Shown piece by piece: positions 61,199-64,000 of a stretch of DNA of 64,000 bases. The position numbers and the translations under genes are program-made. Origin of the DNA: an uncultured Verrucomicrobiae bacterium (GTDB taxonomy: Bacteria; Verrucomicrobiota; Verrucomicrobiia; Limisphaerales; DASXHY01); contig OY969416.1 in the NCBI GenBank assembly GCA_963699145.1, positions 1,246,456 to 1,310,455 on the forward strand. Direction: 5' to 3'. The notes below the pieces were generated by a model. That model was not told where the DNA came from, did not search any database, and saw only the letters and a list, made by a program, of their open reading frames with translations. Position 1 is the stretch's first letter. Each line of letters opens with the position of its first letter.

Positions 61199-62497
61199 AT
61201 GCCTCAGTTTTCATACAAAGCCCGGCGTCGGTCCGGCGAAGTCGTCGAAGGCGTGCTGGATGTGGCTGACCGTCCAGCGGCGTTAGTGCAGATCGAGCGG
61301 CTGGGATTATTCCCGGTGATGGTGGATGCCGCCAAGGGCGGGGCTGCCGTGGCGCCGGAACGAGCTCCGGGGGCGAAGGTCAGTTTGAAATCCTTCATGC
61401 CGCCTTCCATGCAGAAGGCGATGTCGCGGCAGCGCAAGCCGAAGATGCAGGAGTTGGCGACATTCACGCAACAGCTCGCGAACCTGTTGAATTCGGGCAT
61501 GCCGCTGACGGTGGCGTTGCACAGCATGACGCATTTGGAATCCAAGGGCATTCCGACGACGGTGAGCCGCGATTTGCGGCAGGAAGTCATGGAGGGGCGC
61601 AGCTTGTCCGACGCGATGGCGAAGCAGCCGGTGGTTTTTTCCGACCTTTACGTGAACATGGTGCGGGCGGGCGAGCAGAGCGGCGCCCTGGTGCAAGTGT
61701 TGCGCCGCATGGCCTCGCATTTCCAGCAGTTCGCCGAGGTGCAATCCAAGTTCGTCTCCGCGCTGGTTTACCCGGCGATGGTGGTGTGCGTGGGCATCGC
61801 GATGGTGGCGTTTTTCATGTTCTTCATGCTGCCGAAATTCATGGAAATGTTTAACGGCTTCGACATTCAATTGCCGTTACCGACGCGCATGTTGATGGCG
61901 TTCAGCCACGCCGTCACGAACGTGTGGGCGATCATGGGATCCGTGTTGGGCCTCGCCGTGCTGGCAATTTTGATGGGAAAATTTCGCGCGAGCCAAACCG
62001 GCAAGCGCAAGATTGACCAATGGAAGATGAGGGCGCCCGTTGTCGGTAAAGTGGTGCGGCTTAATTTGTTCGGTCAATTCGCGCGCGTGTTGGCGACGCT
62101 GTTGCAGAACGGCGTGCCGGTGTTGACGGCGTTGAAAATCACCGAGCAGGTGATGCCGAATATTTTGGTGAAGGAAGCGGTGGCGATGACCCGCGAGGCG
62201 GTGACGGACGGCAAGACGCTCGCGCAACCGCTGGCGCGCTCGAAGATTTTTCCGCAGTTGATGGTGGACCTGGTGAAGATCGGCGAGGAGACCGGCGACG
62301 TGCCGGGCGCGCTGTCGAATATCGCGGACACGTATGAGAGCGAACTGCAGGTGGGCTTGCGCGTGATGACCAATCTGATCGAGCCGCTGTTGATCGTCGG
62401 CATGGCGTTGGTCGTGGGCTTTTTGCTGCTGAGCGTGATGCTGCCGATGTTCAAGCTGATTGCGAACATCAACAACAGCGCGACGACTGGAAAATGA
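61199..62497 (+). CDS. Type II secretion system F-family inner-membrane platform protein (GspF/PilC)
   Basis: Two T2SSF repeats (..ATFTQQLANLLNSGMPLTVAL.. and ..FARVLATLLQNGVPVLTAL..), three TM helices, 432 aa. Confidence 0.9.
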   Translation: MPQFSYKARRRSGEVVEGVLDVADRPAALVQIERLGLFPVMVDAAKGGAAVAPERAPGAKVSLKSFMPPSMQKAMSRQRKPKMQELATFTQQLANLLNSGMPLTVALHSMTHLESKGIPTTVSRDLRQEVMEGRSLSDAMAKQPVVFSDLYVNMVRAGEQSGALVQVLRRMASHFQQFAEVQSKFVSALVYPAMVVCVGIAMVAFFMFFMLPKFMEMFNGFDIQLPLPTRMLMAFSHAVTNVWAIMGSVLGLAVLAILMGKFRASQTGKRKIDQWKMRAPVVGKVVRLNLFGQFARVLATLLQNGVPVLTALKITEQVMPNILVKEAVAMTREAVTDGKTLAQPLARSKIFPQLMVDLVKIGEETGDVPGALSNIADTYESELQVGLRVMTNLIEPLLIVGMALVVGFLLLSVMLPMFKLIANINNSATTGK

Positions 62498-63057
62498 TGC
62501 GCACGACTTTCATTCAGCGCGCGGTGCGAGGTTCGAGAGACTCGCGGAATCAATTCCGCGCTCCTCTGCACGCGTTCACGCTGATTGAAATCATGGTGGT
62601 GGTGGCGATCATGGGGATCATTCTCGCTGCGGGGATTCCGTCGTTGTATGGGTTTTTCCACAAATCGGGAATTCGCAAAACGATGACCGACGTTCAGGAC
62701 ACGTGCCGGTCAGCGCGGCAAAAAGCGATCATCTCGGGGACGGCCGCCGACCTGGTGATTCATCCGCGGGAAGGAACGATGGAAGTTGCCGGCGGCGCGG
62801 ACACCGGTTACAGCGGGTGGGCCAAATCCGCGAAGATCGAAGGCACCACGCTTCGGGCGTTGAAAATCAACAACAGCCATGAAGACCTTTCGCAGGCGGA
62901 CGAAGTGCATGTGCGGTTTTATCCGAACGGCACGTGTGATGAGATGATCATGATTTTCATGTCGGATAACAACGAGATGAAAGGGATCAGCCTGGAAATC
63001 ACCACGGCTCTGCCCATGGTCTTGACGGACAGGGACATCCAGGCGCTGTCGCATTGA
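62494..63057 (+). CDS. Pseudopilin (prepilin-type N-terminal domain; GspH/FimT-like)
   Basis: PLHA|FTLIEIMVVVAIMGIILAAGIP gives a leader plus hydrophobic helix with Glu+5. Ala rather than Gly sits at -1. 4-nt overlap with the F-family gene. Confidence 0.8.
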   Translation: MMRTTFIQRAVRGSRDSRNQFRAPLHAFTLIEIMVVVAIMGIILAAGIPSLYGFFHKSGIRKTMTDVQDTCRSARQKAIISGTAADLVIHPREGTMEVAGGADTGYSGWAKSAKIEGTTLRALKINNSHEDLSQADEVHVRFYPNGTCDEMIMIFMSDNNEMKGISLEITTALPMVLTDRDIQALSH

Positions 63058-63058
63058 C

Positions 63059-63490
63059 ATGAATTCTCTTTTTCCAAAGAAACCGCCGGGGACCACACGC
63101 GCGCGAGCGGGTTTTACGCTGCTCGAAGTGATGATTGCGGTGGGGGTGTTGTTCATGTGCCTGTTCGCGGTGCTGGCGTTGCTGACGAGTTCATTGGCGA
63201 GCGCGCGCAAGCTGCAACAGCATCGCGATATCGACACGGGCTCGATCGCCGGCATGATTTACGTGCAACTGATCAATACGAATACCGTGAACGAGGGGCC
63301 GGTGGATGTGGATTTGGAGGAGATGTTTCCAGGCTGCAAATGCACTGCGGATTTGACTGAGGTCGGCACGAATGGCCTTTGCCAGGTGGATTTTGACGTT
63401 GAGCGGAACCAGAAACTGGAAGCGCAGTCGCACTTTTTCATTTTCCTGCCGAACTTCAAGTCGGGGCTATCTCGAAATCTGAAGCCATGA
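63059..63490 (+). CDS. Pseudopilin (prepilin-type N-terminal domain; GspI-like size)
   Basis: RARAG|FTLLEVMIAVGVLFMCLFAVLALL is a canonical G|FTLLE prepilin motif. Confidence 0.8.
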   Translation: MNSLFPKKPPGTTRARAGFTLLEVMIAVGVLFMCLFAVLALLTSSLASARKLQQHRDIDTGSIAGMIYVQLINTNTVNEGPVDVDLEEMFPGCKCTADLTEVGTNGLCQVDFDVERNQKLEAQSHFFIFLPNFKSGLSRNLKP

Positions 63491-64000
63491 ATTTTCCTGC
63501 ACATCGAAAAGCGAAACGCGCGACTGCGCGCGGCTTTACGATCATCGAAATCATGACGGCGATGATGATTTTCGGGATGATCGTGGCGGCGATTTTTGCG
63601 ACCTGGTCGGCGGTCGCGCATGGCGCGGTGGCGGGCAATAAAGCGGCGGCCACGGCGCAGCGTTCGCGCATCGCGTTGCGGACGATTGAGGATGCGCTCG
63701 GTGCCACGCGGTCATACGTGGCGGATGTGGATTATTACACGTTCAACGCGGAGAACGGCTCCGAGCCGTATTTGAGTTTTGTGACGAAGCTCTCGCCGTC
63801 ATTTCCGCGCAGCGGGCGCTTTGGGGAATTCGACGTGCGCCGCGTGACGTTCTCGCTGGAAAGTGGCGGTGATTATACTTCGAAGAAGCTCGTGCTGCGC
63901 CAGGCGCCCGTGTTGATGGACATGGATGAAGACGAGCAGAATTATCCGGTGGTGCTGGCGAATGGCGTGAAGAAATTCGAGATGGAATTTTGGGACAAAC
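63487..64000 (+). CDS. Pseudopilin (prepilin-type N-terminal domain; GspJ-like), 3' end cut by window edge
   Basis: ATG at 63487 overlaps the previous stop (ATGA). TARG|FTIIEIMTAMMIFGMIVAAIFA. The frame is open to position 64000. Not in the ORF track because there is no stop in the window. Confidence 0.8.
   Translation, partial: MNFPAHRKAKRATARGFTIIEIMTAMMIFGMIVAAIFATWSAVAHGAVAGNKAAATAQRSRIALRTIEDALGATRSYVADVDYYTFNAENGSEPYLSFVTKLSPSFPRSGRFGEFDVRRVTFSLESGGDYTSKKLVLRQAPVLMDMDEDEQNYPVVLANGVKKFEMEFWDK

Overview
Gene-dense, roughly 60% GC bacterial chromosomal segment with about 55 protein-coding genes. I found no rRNA, tRNA, CRISPR array, transposase, integrase or prophage genes. The gene content and the very rich set of intergenic repeats suggest a PVC-superphylum genome, possibly Verrucomicrobiota-like; this is an inference, not a search result. 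Content in order: OmpR-type two-component pair; MGMT-like protein; esterase; lemA and an M48 peptidase split by a Phd/VapC toxin-antitoxin pair; MacB/Lol-like ABC transporter with one ATPase and two FtsX permeases; CheY-like regulator plus a 1434-aa CheB-CheR-PAS-GAF-histidine-kinase fusion; ArsB/NhaD-type permease; PAS protein; a HEAT / receiver-DUF4388-roadblock / roadblock cluster; a giant Ig/He_PIG/VWA adhesin-like gene that is frameshifted; dprA; SRPBCC protein; purF; a secreted protein; a TMTC-like TPR membrane protein; EF-hand protein; CheY-like regulator; NupC; a secreted S53 peptidase; pilT; pqiAB-like pair; two tandem ECF-sigma / membrane partner / large membrane protein modules; Wzz-like protein; two tandem thymidylate-kinase paralogs; hflX; Lrp regulator plus aminotransferase; miaA; lgt; larE; and a T2SS/T4P-like operon (F-family protein plus three pseudopilins) that runs off the window. 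The least-explained features are: (1) the duplicated sigma modules, whose third gene ends in a GspG-pseudopilin-like domain; (2) a C-terminal module ending in FFRL or YYRV shared by three secreted proteins; (3) intergenic hairpins whose arms are tandem heptamers, some of them translated; (4) several TIR-bounded miniature elements, including two nested insertions with target-site duplications; (5) two genes that each need a -1 frame change in a GCC/GGC tract; (6) a roadblock/PATAN cluster with no GTPase gene. Every functional call is motif recognition by eye. No database search was run.
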